Assembly (NCBI RefSeq): GCF_023055435.1
Contig: NW_025963791.1
Span: forward strand, 41,478,001-41,542,000
DNA: 64,000 nucleotides
Direction of reading: 5' to 3'
Source of the DNA: Haliotis rufescens
Taxonomy: Eukaryota
This document shows, piece by piece, positions 47,601 through 60,443 of the stretch. Numbering within the stretch: position 1 is the stretch's first letter; each line of letters opens with the position of its first letter. Both the position numbers and the translations under genes were made by a program. The notes under the pieces were generated by a model. That model was not told the DNA's origin. It searched no databases and worked only from the letters and a program-made list of their open reading frames with translations.

Positions 47601-50600
47601 AACTGCTGTGCAGATTTCGGTCGATTGCTGGATTTGCAAAGCATGTGTATGGGTAGCTCGGCATCAACAGATATTTTCCAAATCTTTTCATGTTTTAATC
47701 AAGGAGCTCACATGATTTGATGCACTTCGCAAAGTAAAACCTGTTTAATCACAATATTGATGTTGATTATCGATCCGATCATCTTGACTGGGCGCCACCA
47801 TTTTGTTTGAAGCAAATGCAAGTGATATGAGAGGTGGAATCTGATTGGTCAATAGGAGCGACATAGAAGGGATATAACCAGTAATAGAAACTGGTGGCGC
47901 CCAGAAATTCCAGCCTAGTTTGCCAGGAACTGGACTTTTGCAGTAAACAGCCTTGCATCGGGAAGATGTGGGCACAAAGGGTCCACCTGTGATGGTAGTA
48001 GCTTACGTTTCTAAATGGAATTTCTCCAAAGTCAGGCTATGTATTATTTTTCTTCAAATTTCCATTTTTTTGACATCCTGGTAATCTTCTTGATGTAGCA
48101 GTTGAAGCAGAGTAGAGCATGTCGAGTTGTATATAACATGGAGATGTCAGAAGCATAGAACACTATGCTAAACACTTCTCAAGTTCAGAAATTTACACAC
48201 ATGATGTATGTTATCTGTCCAATCTCATTAAAATCAGATTGTTGTGCTCGCTACTGCTTAACAAATATCTGAAGACATCCCATGACGGGTCACATCAGAC
48301 CAAACTTTATCCGACCAATGGGATGACTGACAACAAGTCTACATTAGCCCATCAGAAAGCTGCTTTCTCATGCTCTACAGCACTAGATTCAAATTGGCGA
48401 CTACGCTTCCGAATTCTCGATTAGAAAATAACATTCTGGAGTGGGTAATACATGGCCTATTATGGATTTAGTCGTAAAGCCTGTGTTGTTCGGAATAAAT
48501 TTGTGTTACATTTTTCATGGTTTCATCATTAGAAAACATTCTGACTGTCACTTCCTGATTTGGTAAGCGATGCACTGATTGACCGGATGAAAGGTTGTCC
48601 TAACGTGCCCTGTAATGGAATGTCCATCTTTGTATAGCAGTAGCGAGAACAAAGATCTAATTTTTATGAGATTCGTTATCTGTCCCCTAAGGCAAAGGTC
48701 CTCAGAAAGACTTTTATATGAAGAAGATATCGGAGATGACTTTCTCTCACATCAAGTTCTGTCTCCCATGGCTGACATCGGAGGACTATCCACTCCTGCT
48801 CGGTGAGTAGAACCTGTGACGTGTCCTTGGTAAAATCAATGATCATACTGAGCAAGCATACAATGCAGCTGTAACAGAAAACAGGCTTGGAGCATGATGA
48901 CGTTTATTCACAAAACCACATATTGACACACCTATGTTTTGTACAATATTTACAATGAGCACTATATGTCCTTTGGCTTGATGCAGTCAGATACTCCTAA
49001 TTTGATCGCTGGAACGCACAACACTCCATACTAAGTCCACGAGCAATCTTGGTAACCTCATGGTCATGTGACTCGTCCAAATCAGCTGCTGAAAGGTCGT
49101 CGTGGTTCTCAAAGTTTTGTTTGATGAAGTTGTAGCACTGCCTGACTTGTCTCCACTTCTGTGTGGCCAGTCGTAGGTAGACCTGACGGACACCTTCAGC
49201 TACACACTTCCTGTTAAGCAGGAGTAACCCATGGCCAACATGGCTGCCATTGGCTGCATCTCTCACGATCTTCTCGGTCAGTTCCAGGATGTAGGCATCT
49301 GAAAGGAGTATAAGAACTGTTTATATTTCTGTGTAAAGAAAAAGAATATTACGCCTTACAGTATAAATGTTTTGGAAGGATTTGCTCAATTTTTGAATGA
49401 AATACTTGAGGACAACACATGTACATACCTATGGCCTGGACTTGTTCGAGGAATCTATCCTGCATTTCAATGAGACTGAAGAGCTGGAAGGAGGCAGACA
49501 CTGGGTCGTCCTGCCATGAGACAGCAGCAGACGACAATTTAGTGGCAGACGTTGAACAGATCTGGTCAGCACAGGTGGTTGAAGTGGATGTCGCCATGGT
49601 TTCAAAGTTAGAATATAGGATGGATTTTCAAGGAGAGCCAATTGACAATGCAAATCCAAAGCTTGAATGTGAATAGTGTGCATCAGACATCCTGCCTCTT
49701 ATACCTGCCTGTGTGACACTGAGGCATGGAGTAGCCTGTTGGAGTAGTGGCAAGCTCAGTTCTCCCATAAGTTGGATTGACAAGGATTATCCTGGCTAAC
49801 CCTGCTAATTTGACCTAATCTCATTGTCTTGTCTCATTGAGAGTGCTGGGCAGGAACTGCTTGATTGGCTGGAAGTCGGGTAGATTGAAGAGATTTATTA
49901 CGTGTTGTTACAGCTATGTACTCTCCACACCATGTTGTTAGTGATTGCTTGATTGGATGTCAGCCTACCCAATGGCTGCAATGCATTGCTATAGGAAGGA
50001 CTTTTTGGTGATTGCCTGATTGGCAGTAAATTGGTGGTGCGTATGTCACAGTATTGTGAATATATATTGTTGATATTGTGCTGCCACATTACTGCTGGTA
50101 ATTTAAACAGGCAGGCCAAATTTGACTGCAAAGAAACAGATGTAAACTTGGATACACTTTTTTACCAACCATGATGTAAAATATTGTGAAGTTAGCAAAC
50201 ATTCATTATAAAATTTGAAGTCATGATAACGTATTGTTCCGGAATGTTTAGATAACAGACATATGTATCATGATGTATTAATTTTCTTCTTTGAAAATAC
50301 AATGACACAACATTACCACTATCACTAAGATTTGTACAAACTCTCATTGCTAGTCAGTTGTTTGTTTTGTCTGATTGTTGACACACAGAGAGTAGTTTTA
50401 ATTACAGTAATTTACACAGGTGACAGAGCTTAATTAGCTAGTGTTTAATGGGTGAAATGTTTCACTAATCAGCAGTAGTTTAGTTGAAGTGAAGTGTGAT
50501 GACAACTTCTTCCTATTCACTCAGGCTGTATATAACCATGGTCAGTGCAGGGACTTCTTCAGAATGTTTACTGGCAGGCTTTTGTGTTTGCTGTGCAGTG

Positions 50601-53600
50601 TTGTGTATCAGGGTGCAGTGACCACACCTAATGATTCATTAACATTAATCAGCGCCTTCAACCAACAACTGGTCTGCTATATCAACCATCGCTGTGAATA
50701 GCTGTAATATTGCTGAGGCCCCAAAGCAGAATGTATCCCATCCTTCTATATCAACCAGGCCATGAAGCTATATTGAACCTAAAAGGAAACAGCACTTCCT
50801 GAAAATCCTTCATGAAAGTTTCCCTTTGAAATACCAATGCATTTTTTTTTGTATCTCATTTTTGGCATAGTCTGTATCCAAATTTTATGTCAACGTCCGA
50901 AAAGTAACACACATATGGATATAATGACAAAATGCAGCTTAACAAACAACCATGGTACAAATTCCCGAATGCTTTCCATGAGAATCAAAATTCACTTGCA
51001 TTTCCTTGTGCCTTTTCTGATGAATGGCACCACATACAGTAAACTGGGGTTATAACGAACTGAAAGGGACCACTACCGGGTAATTCTAGTTCGTTATAAC
51101 CATAATTCATTATAAGCTTACATACAACATATAGACAGAAAATGTCCGGGAATAAAAAAAACAGTTTGTTATATCCGTCAGTTCATTATAAGCGTGTTCC
51201 TTATAGACAAAGTTGACTGTACGTGTATCCAACATTCTTGTATTGATACTAGCAACATGCCAAGACTTACAAAGTATCAGAGAAACCAGGCTGTAAGAAG
51301 ACGGTACGCTGTTGGTGACCTGGTGTCTTTGCTGCAATCTGTAGATGGTTCTCAGGTGGACAATAAAAACGTTTGCAATCATTTTTGCAGGCATGCAGTC
51401 GTCCGAAAGCCTGGTTTTCCCCGATCCTTCTATAACATTCCAAATAGGAAATTCCAGGCGAGCTTTGAAAAAAAGCCATGGCTGAATTTTGCTGTTGACT
51501 CTTGTCTTTTTCAGTCAAGAAGAAATCTTTGCAATAGTCTTGATTAACAACAGTATGAGGATCTAAACCGAAATGTCGCCATTACAGTAAAATAGGGAAG
51601 TTGTTATACGTTATTATGTCTACAATAGTCTTTATGTTTCCCTTTCTCCCACAGGCTCAGCGGACATAGGCGTGTGTCTTCATAAGTCATCCAGTGGGCT
51701 GGATCTACCAATGAAAGTGGTTGACATGTTTGGCTGTGGCCTTCCAGTTTGTGCTGTGGATTTTAATTGGTCAGTGAATACAAATAATTGATTGGGGACT
51801 CTGGGTTAGAATAGGTCCCCAGCAACCTATACTTGTCTCCCCAGGGGTTCTCTGGGTTAGAATAGGTCCCCAGCAACCTATGCTTGTCTCCCCACGGGTA
51901 CTCTGGGTTAGAATAGGTCCCCAGCAACCTATGCTTGTCTCCCCACGGGTACTCTGGGTTAGAATAGGTCCCCAGCAACCTATGCTTGTCTCCCCACGGG
52001 TACTCTGGGTTAGAATAGGTCCCCAGCAACCTATGCTTGTCTCCCCACGGGTACTCTGGGTTAGAATAGGTCCCCAGCAACCTATACTTGTCTCCCCAGG
52101 GGTACTCTAGGTTAGAATAGGTCCCCAGCAACCTATGCTTGTCTCCCCAGGGGTACTCTGGGTTAGAATAGGTCCCCAGCAACCTATGCTTGTCTCCCCA
52201 GGGGTACTCTGGGTTAGAATAGGTCCCCAGCAACCTATGCTTGTCTCCCCAGGGGTACTCTGGGTTAGAATAGGTCCCCAGCAACCTATGCTTGTCACCC
52301 CACGGGTACTCTCGGTTAGAATTGGTCCCCAGCAACCTATGCTGGTTGTACAAGGTGACTTAATGGGTAAATGTACAGTGACTTTGTTTATAGCATGTCA
52401 TCCTACTCCGATAGTAGGGGTGACTATTGAGGCATTTTTGACTATTGCGATACTATTGCGATAGTTAAAACAACCTATTGCGATACTATTGCGATAGTGG
52501 CCCTACTATTGCGATACTATTGCGATAGTTTTCACTTGCAATTATAGCAGGCTTTAGCAGCATATATTTCAGCATTTTGACTGACACCATCAAAATAATT
52601 ATAACTTTCTGATACTATTTGCAAAGAAAACAAGAAATGAGAAGAAAACAAGTTCAAACAGACCTCAAAAATATTTTAATATAAAATTTCACTTCATGTA
52701 ACTGGCAGAGTTTTAGCGCCAATGTGAATGAATGTGATTGAATGACTAGTATTTGACTATACAAACTGTCAAACTCTTTAATTGTCACATTGGCATTCAC
52801 TGAATGACTAAATGCGATTCAACATATCAATTAGGAAACAAAGTTGACAAAACTGACATGTGGCATCCGCCATCTTGTCAATGTTGCCTAGCGACGAGTA
52901 GCTAAGGGACGTAATTCTAAATCAAGCAGACAAAGAAGTGCAATCCAATCGAAAGCATGACAGAGGTTAGATGATCATAGGAGTTGTTTCTATGTTTTTT
53001 AAGAAAGTAAATGTACCAAACAAATTAACTATCGAAACTATCAATAGTTAGACAAACTATCGGCAATAGTATCGATTGTTTCAAGTTGCAATCGATAGTG
53101 TACTATCGTGAGACAAGCAATCGCAATCAATCGATAGTTCCATGTATCGTTACACCACTATCTGATAGCGTGGATTGTTGCCAATCATTGGTTCACCAGA
53201 ATCACCAGATTCAACTTCATGTAGGTGGAACATTGCTGAGTGCTGAATTAAATAACAAACCCAGTGGTAAACATCAAGGGCCACACTAGGCTGACATACC
53301 ACGATAGGACTGAGGTAGTGTGTAGTTGGGTTTCCTCTCACACTAAGCTGACATACCACGATAGCACTAAGGTAGTGTGTAGTTGGGTTTCCTCTCACAC
53401 TAAGCTGACATACCACGATAGCACTAAGGTAGTGTGTAGTTGGGTTTCCTCTCACACTAAGCTGACATACCACGATAGGACTAAGGTAGTGTGTAGTTGG
53501 GTTTTACTCTCACACTAAGCTGACATACCACGATAGGACTGAGATAGTGTGTAGTTGGGTTTTCCTCTCACACTAAGCTGACATACCACGATAGGACTGA

Positions 53601-55730
53601 GATAGTGTGTAGTAGGGTTTTCCTCTCACACTAAGCTGACATACCAGGATAGGACTAAGGTAGTGTGTAGTTGGGTTTTCCTCTCACACTAAGCTGACAT
53701 ACCACGATAGGACTGAGATAGTGTGTAGTTGGGTTTTCCTCTCACACTAAGCTGACATACCACGATAGGACTGAGATAGTGTGTAGTGGGGTTTTCCTCT
53801 CACACTAAGCTGACATACCAGGATAGGACTAAGGTAGTGTGTAGTTGGGTTTTCCTCTCACACTAGGCTGACATACCACGATAGGACTGAGATAGTGTGT
53901 AGTTGGGTTTTCCTCTCACACTAAGCTGACATACCAGGATAGGACTAAGGTAGTGTGTAGTTTGGTTTTCCTCTCACACTAGGCTGACATACCACGATAG
54001 CACTAAGGTAGTGTGTAGTTGGGTTTCCTCTCACACTAAGCTGACATACCACGATAGGACTGAGATAGTGTGTAGTGGGGTTTTCCTCTCACACTAGGCT
54101 GACATACCACGATAGGACTGAGATAGTGTGTAGTTGGGTTTTCCTCTCACACTAAGCTGACATACCACGACAGGACTGAGATAGTGTGTAGTTGGGTTTC
54201 CTCTCACACTAAGCTGACATACCACGATAGCACTAAGGTAGTGTGTAGTTGGGTTTTCCTCTCACACTAAGCTGACATACCACGACAGGACTGAGATAGT
54301 GTGTAGTTGGGTTTCCTCTCACACTAAGCTGACATACCACGATAGCACTAAGGTAGTGTGTAGTTGGGTTTTCCTCTCACACTAAGCTGACATACCACGA
54401 CAGGACTGAGATAGTGTGTAGTTGGGTTTCCTCTCACACTAAGCTGACATACCACGATAGGACTGAGATAGTGTGTAGTTGGGTTTTCCTCTCACACTAG
54501 GCTGACGTGCCACGATAGGACTGAGGTGTGTAGTTGGGTTTTCCTCTCACACTAAGCTGACATACCACAATAGGACTGAGATAGTGTGTGAACAGGCATC
54601 CTACTCCAACTTGCATCTCATCAAATATATCTCGGTAGCCCTAATTAAACTCCCAACATGATACTACTAGCATACACAGAGAGTATCTGTTGGAGTGTTT
54701 CACCGTCTTGTGTTCCCAGTCTGCCCGAGTTGGTGAAGCACAGAGAGAATGGGCTGGTGTTCCACGACAGCGAGCAGTTGTCCGATCAACTGCAGGTAGG
54801 TAACATTATAACATGTACCTAGTACAGCACTTCTATTTCAAACCTAAACGGCTTCCAGTTTCAGAAGCGGACTCTCCCTGATTAGCACTGCTAGTTATCG
54901 TAACATGTCATGGCTCATGGAAGATATAAAGTTGGCAGTACTTTTGGACAGAAATCTCTCACAGGAAATACAACTTAATGTATTATAAATTGTAAATTGA
55001 GTCCCATGGGAAGGGTTTAACATTGGTTCTCCTCTGTCACGTTCTGTCTCAAGCATCCCACTGCTTCCACCTGTTTGTCTGTTGATCAGAATAACCCCCC
55101 AGAAACTGGTGTGCACTTTAGAACGCCCGAAGTGATGCAGGTCTAAGACGTTTACCACTTCAGTGAAACCCACGAGCACGGGTATGGTGCTGACAAACCT
55201 AGAAACATAATTGGGGCGAACCGGGATTCGAACTCATGATCATAGGTTTCTGGCGCGCCCAAGGGACGCAACTCTACACAGCGAATCGCAGCGCCTTAGA
55301 CAACTGGGCCACCCGTGCCCCCGTAGACAGTAATAAGCAGTGTCTTAAGCGTAAAAAGTACAGCTAACAGCTTCAGTAGCAGAGCCATTAGTGATGTCAT
55401 TTGATTGTGATGTCATGGTAACCAATGACGTCACAATGGTCTGCAAAGCAATGTAGATATTGCTTGATCTCACCCAAGCAATGTCTCCTTTCTACTACAA
55501 AGTTCATCAAGCATGTATTCAAGGGAAGTTTACAGGTATTAAATCTGTTTGGATGGCTCAAAATAAATGAACACTTCTCTTCACAGGATCTCTTGAAGGG
55601 TTTTCCAGACAACCAATCAGCATTGAGGAAACTGAGAAACAATGTGAAGTCCTTTCAGTCGGTGCGATGGCACGACCAGTGGGTCCGACTGGCCCTCCCA
55701 CTGTTTCAGGACAAAGTGAAGACAGACTGA
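38605..55730 (+). CDS. ALG1: Chitobiosyldiphosphodolichol beta-mannosyltransferase, 459 aa, 13 exons
   Basis: Exons 38605-38803, 40602-40682, 41368-41471, 43012-43160, 43944-44033, 44484-44594, 45594-45691, 46102-46140, 47275-47337, 48692-48802, 51655-51769, 54720-54795, 55587-55730; GT-AG and in phase (1380 nt). Motifs [61 protein letters not shown]. Confidence 0.98.
39529..40545. repeat. ~195-bp near-perfect inverted repeat (foldback-like element) in ALG1 intron 1
   Basis: 39529-39723 is the reverse complement of 40351-40545; extra partial arm at 40121-40226. Confidence 0.93.
41058..41314 (+). mobile_element. SINE-like family B
   Basis: 10-bp TSD actgtggatg at 41048-41057 and 41315-41324. 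Confidence 0.88.
42326..42826. mobile_element. Long-TIR MITE, copy 2
   Basis: Colinear with 14836-15384; TIRs gaggcaagggagttaac / gttaactcccttgcct. Confidence 0.88.
43660..43805 (+). mobile_element. Penelope-like terminal-repeat relic with hammerhead-like core
   Basis: gtgacaa-c-ggtata(aggatc)tatacc-gaaacgtc; relatives at 4788-4915 and 51540-51620. Confidence 0.55.
45299..45448. mobile_element. ~150-bp palindromic MITE-like hairpin
   Basis: attcatcac..ttttttaatatgggaaatatcaacc..gttaatcggtatttgcc / ggcaaataccgattaac..ggttgatatttcccatattaaaaaa..gtgatgaat. Confidence 0.88.
45786..45970 (+). mobile_element. SINE family A, partial
   Basis: cctatgattgtggg..ggtttcaccaaagtggtaaac..gctttcctccca..actcactcactc. 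Confidence 0.8.
46432..46800 (+). mobile_element. Helentron/pearl-like non-autonomous element (degraded)
   Basis: (gtcc)n near the 5' end; two ~170-bp subrepeats, each ending agagtt(g/a)tggcccttgct. Confidence 0.5.
47451..47968. mobile_element. Long-TIR MITE, copy 3 (opposite orientation)
   Basis: catcttctcgagg...cgggaagatg; flanks tgggcacta / tgggcacaa match 8/9. Confidence 0.88.
48997..49597 (-). CDS. Uncharacterised two-exon helical protein, paralogue 1 (156 aa), nested antisense in ALG1 intron 10
   Basis: Exons 49597-49429 and 49298-48997 (G|gtatgt ... tttcag|AT, phase 1); accATGG start; TATAAGA near 49700; AATAAA at 48908-48903; conserved with paralogues 2 and 3. Confidence 0.87.
51257..51400. 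pseudogene. Tc1-like transposase N-terminal fragment with internal inversion
   Basis: [13 protein letters not shown] on +, then [27 protein letters not shown] (paired-like HTH) on -. Confidence 0.6.
51794..52370. repeat. 51-bp minisatellite, ~11 units
   Basis: Unit ctctgggttagaataggtccccagcaacctatgcttgtctcccca(c/g)gggta. Confidence 0.98.
52415..53160. mobile_element. hAT-like MITE
   Basis: Ends taggggtg / caccacta; 8-bp flanks tccgatag / tctgatag; subterminal actattgcgat and actatcga repeats. Confidence 0.7.
53283..54590. repeat. 57-58-bp minisatellite, ~22 units
   Basis: Unit cactaagctgacataccacgataggactgagatagtgtgtagttgggttttcctctca. Confidence 0.98.
55125..55322 (-). mobile_element. SINE family A, lacking its 3' tail
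   Basis: Near-identical to the 5' 200 bp of 62729-62997. Confidence 0.9.
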
Positions 55731-56399
55731 CGTTCATCATTTACCTCTGTTTTAATGTATTATTAAACAAGTTGTTATCAAAGCATGTTCCTTATTTTTC
55801 TCCTCATCCCGTATATAGATCAACTTCCTCAGATTATGGATGATCTCTTGTGTGAGTGAGTTAATATTTGTCAATTCATTGGTATAGTCAAAATCAGTTA
55901 GTGTTGCAAGACCTAACCCCGCTCTATCCAGAGTTACTTACGGGCATCAAAGTACAATGGTAAGTCATCACTGTGCCAGGAAGTGGACCCAACCCCTGGC
56001 AAGGAAGGACACAATATTTGTCCAGAACTGACTGACACATTATATTTGGGATAATGCTTTCTTAGTAAAGTACAGAGTGAGGCACCTAGTCACCAGCACA
56101 AACTCAGCGATCTAATCCACTCAGCCTCCGAGACTTCCCCTCTGACAAGTGTAAACTGGCATTGGCAATGGCATTTGTGTGTTCATAGCTTTTGGCCATG
56201 GGGTACATGCCAATTTACACTTGTCAGAGGGGTACCTCATTCTGGCAGTGTGGGTTCGAATCCCGGATGGGACTAAACCCAAAAATGTATGAGAATCTGT
56301 ACTTTACTAAGAAAGTCTTATCCCAAATATAACATTTGTTACATTTGTTACATTTTTCTAAATGGCATTTGTGTGTTCATGACTGACTGACATTTTGGC

Positions 56400-56560
56400 A
56401 AGACCTCCCCGTGGGCCCCAGTTGGGCTCCCCTTCTTGCTGATCTGTTTCTTTATGCATGTAAATCAGGTTTTCTCCTCAAACTGGCAAAGTCGAAACAA
56501 GGTAACTTGGCCAAGAATTTTAACATGAGCGTCAGGTGTATCGAGGATGTCATATCGTTC
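56400..56560 (+). pseudogene. Penelope-like reverse transcriptase fragment
   Basis: GPSWAPLLADLFLYACKSGFL...NFNMSVRCIEDV resembles MGxxxAPLLADLFL...RYIDD. Confidence 0.7.
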
Positions 56561-57260
56561 ATGTACCATCAAAAAGCCAATTCCCCTCCACTTCCCTTCT
56601 ACTCACCGGAACTCACCTGTATATTATTTTCATTTCACAGACAGATGTTTCAATGATCCTTTCAGATAAGTTTCACCACTATTTTTACCTTTTTTGCCCA
56701 ATCTGTTCGGCGGATAATGGACACTGATTATTCTCTGGGCTTTACGTTTAATACTTTCATTTGAATAGAGTCCGGGTAACATAACAGGAAAATTTATCAA
56801 ATAACCTTTAGACTGAATTTGTAATCATTTGATATACATATCATCTTGGTTTTGGATGACTAGCCTCTAGGACTGCCAATTGGCTCAAGTATGGCGTCCT
56901 GTTCTATTTACACTAAAGGTCCTGACTGGCTTTTACTTCATCGTCTGAAGGATCTGAGGAGAACTTAAGTGTGGTGCTGTAAGTCAACAACAAGACTCTC
57001 AATGTTCAGCAGTTTATTTACAAAGCTCCAGATGAGTTTCTTGACAGCATGTGTCATGGCATCACTTGGCATTAACAATATCAACAAAAACACTAGATTT
57101 CAAACAATGAAGACAGAATCTTCAACATAAGTTTAAGAGTGTTTTCATCCTGCTAGCATGATCGTCACGTCACATGTTAACAATATTTACATGAGCACTG
57201 GATGTTCATCAGTGAAGACATATCTTCAATTCAAGTCATTTTAAGAGTGTTGTCATCCTG

Positions 57261-57942
57261 CTAGCATGATCGCTGGAACGCACAACACTCCATACTAAGT
57301 CCACGAGCAATCTGGGTGACCTCGTGGTCATGTGACTCCTCCAAATCAGCAGCTGAAAGATCGTCGTCATCGAAGTTTTGTCTGATGAAGTTGTAGCACT
57401 GCCTGACTTGTCTCCACTTCTGTGTGGCCAGTCGTAGGTAGACCTGACGGACACCTTCAGCTACACACTTCCTGTTGAGCAGAAGTAACCCATGGCCAAC
57501 ATGGCTGCCATTGGCTGCATCTCTCACGATTTTCTCGGTCAGTTCCAGGATGTAGGCATCTGAAATGAGAGACAGGAGCTTATTAGTAAATTGTAAATTA
57601 GTAAATTGTGTATGTAAATAATAGTTCATAAATGAAGACAGTGATATATATGCATAGGCCAATCAGCTAGTTATTTAGGTTATCATGTTAAAAATAGCAT
57701 TTCTTTACGGATGTGACCTAATGGCCAACTTAATCAAAGAATTTCATTTAAGAAAGAATTACTTTAGATGAACACATGTACATACCTATTGCCTGGACTT
57801 GTACGAGGAATCTATCCTGCATTTCAATGAGACTGAAGAGTTGGAAGGAGGCAGACACTGGGTCGTCCTTCCATGAGGCAGCAGCAGACGACAATTTAGT
57901 GGCAGACGGTGAACAGATCTGGTCGGCACAGGAGGATGCCAT
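57261..57942 (-). CDS. Uncharacterised two-exon helical protein, paralogue 2 (151 aa)
   Basis: Exons 57942-57786 and 57559-57261; GT-AG, phase 1; TATATAG near 58050; CArG CCATAAATGG at 58113-58122; AATAAA at 57018-57013. Confidence 0.87.
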
Positions 57943-59784
57943 GGTTTTAAGTTTCAATTACGATTTAACCAGAAAACAGATGAATTTAGGACTCGTAGCT
58001 TGCTTTAGTGGAGGTTATGAATGGTATGCATCAGACATTCTGCCTCTATATATCTGCCTGTGTACACTGAGGCATGGAGTAGTCTGTCGGAGAAGTGGCA
58101 AGCTCAGTTCTCCCATAAATGGGAATGACAAGGATTATTCTGGCTAATCCTACCACTTTGACCAAATCTCACAATTCTTGTCTCACTGAGAGTGCTGGGC
58201 AGGAAACTGTTTGATTGACAGGGAGACTAAAGCGATTTATAACATGTTGTTACAGTTATACAGCTATCCACTGTCAACACTAAAGTCTTAATAGTAACTG
58301 ATTGTTTGATTGGATAACACCACCTCAGTAATAGTAACGCATTATCATAGGAAAGGAATTGTTGCCGATTTATAAGCAATAGATTGTTAGGATATTGTTG
58401 ATATTATCACACCAATGATGATATAATTGATCAAAGGAATTAATGTATGCTGTGAATTAATGGAAAAAGATTACGTATGTAAAGATGATGATTATATCAG
58501 TTTCGTTGAAAGTAAAGTGCAACTACGATGATTTAAGGCACCTGCACATAACTTCCTGCGTGTCAACAAAGAAGTTGTCAATCATGCTTTTGTGTTCGAT
58601 TAACAAATCACATCTTGTACTCTATTACTGTTTAGTGTTACGCCATTTTCACCTGATGTCAGGTAATTAACGGGGTGTTAATCAACATCGCCACCCGTGT
58701 AACCACAATACACTTTGTGTGCCCACATTGCGACCATTAAAACAGCTTACCAGCTGATGGATGTTTGGAGAAGGTCCTCAAGCCCCAATACAACAGCCAA
58801 TTGTGCATTCTTAATATATAACCACGAGACAGGGACAATGAAAAGTCTTGCTCAATGATGTATATGTCAACAACGTGAGCTGACCAACTAACCATGCAGA
58901 CCTGTCTATAATAACATCTTCATATCCGACCTGTGAAAATCCCGGGTTAGAAGAGGTCTTCACAAACCCATGCTTGCCGCAAAGGCGACTCTACTTATCG
59001 TAAGAGGCGACTAACTGGATTGAATGGTCAGGCTTGTTGTCTAGGCTTCCATCAGAACTATTGTGTAAATTGGCCTTGGAAATATATGGATAAAATCAAA
59101 ATGAATTTGGAAATGAAGGATGTATGTGAGTAAATACTATCAAAATTATATAATAATTTGGTTTATAGAGTAATTAGGGTGATATGTATTGGTATAATTT
59201 TTATTTTCGTATTGAAATGATTTCTATTTTCATATTGCTTTGATTTTTATTTTCGTATTGAAAAGATTTGTTGTTATAACAAGTGTGCGTGAAAATTGGT
59301 TGTTGTATTGGGGCTTCAGGACGTTGTCTAAACATCCATCAGCTGGTAAGCTGTTTTAATTGTCGCAATGAGGGCACACAAAGTGTATTGTGATTACACA
59401 GGTGGCGATGTTGATTAACACTCCGTTAATTACCTGACATCAGGTGAAAATGGCGAAACGCTAAACAGAAATAGAGTACAAGATGTGATTTGTTGATCGA
59501 ACACAAAAGCATGAATGACAACTTCTTTGTTAACACGCAGGAAGTTATGTGCAGGTGCCTTAAATCATCGTAGTTGCACTTTACTTTCAACGAAACTGAT
59601 ATAATCATCATCTTTACATACGTAATCTATTTCCATTAATTCACAGCATACATTAAATCCTTTGATCAATTATATCATCATTGGTGTGATAATATCAACA
59701 ATATCCTAACAATCCATTTCTAATAAATCGGCAACAATTCCTTTCCTATGAAAATGCGTTACTATTATTGAGGTGGTGTTATCC

Positions 59785-60058
59785 AATCAAACAATCAGTG
59801 ACTACAAAGTGTCGACAGTGGATAGCTGTATAACTGTAACAACATGTTATAAATAACTTTAGTCTCCCTGTCAATCAAACAATCAGTGACTACAAAGTGT
59901 CGACAGTGAATAGCTGTATAACTGTAACAACATGTTATAAATCACTTTAGTCTCCCTGTCAATTAAACAATCAGTGACTACAAAGTGTCCATAGTGAATA
60001 GCTGTATAACTGTAACAACATGTTATAAATCACTTTAGTCTCCCTGTCAATCAAACAG
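59785..60058 (+). repeat. 88-bp unit triplicated upstream of paralogue 3
   Basis: aatcaaacaatcagtgactacaaagtgtcgacagtg(g/a)atagctgtataactgtaacaacatgttataaat(a/c)actttagtctccctgtc x3; single copy in the left arm. Confidence 0.93.
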
Positions 60059-60243
60059 TTTCCTGCCCAGCACTCTCAGTGAGACAAGAATTGTGAGATT
60101 TGGTCAAAGTGGTAGGATTAGCCAGGATAATCCTTGTCATTCCCATTAATGGGAGAACTGAGCTTGCCACTACTTCGACAGGCTACTCCATGCCTCAGTG
60201 CACACAGGCACATATATAGAGGCAGAATGTCTGATGCATACCA

Positions 60244-60443
60244 AATTTATTTATTCTTCAATTTATTCCAAATTTTAAAATTTCAAAAATCGATATAAGC
60301 AACCCCTAAAAGCCCCCCTCTTGTGTTGCACACACCACTTTCACCCTTCTCGGAATACACTAAATGGTCTGGCCAGGCCCGTGTGCGAAATACGCTGCAG
60401 TCGGAAAGCGCACGTTAAATCTTCTATATCAGTCAGTCAGTCA
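60244..60443 (+). mobile_element. 200-bp retroposon-like insertion upstream of the paralogue 3 ATG
   Basis: 11-bp TSD gatgcatacca at 60233-60243 and 60444-60454; (TCAG)n 3' tail; absent from the mirrored arm. Confidence 0.85.

Noticed and set aside
51763-52464. 196-aa repetitive ORF ([17 protein letters not shown])n and its shadows
   Set aside because: Translation of the 51-bp minisatellite, whose length is a multiple of 3; the unit is SINE-derived.
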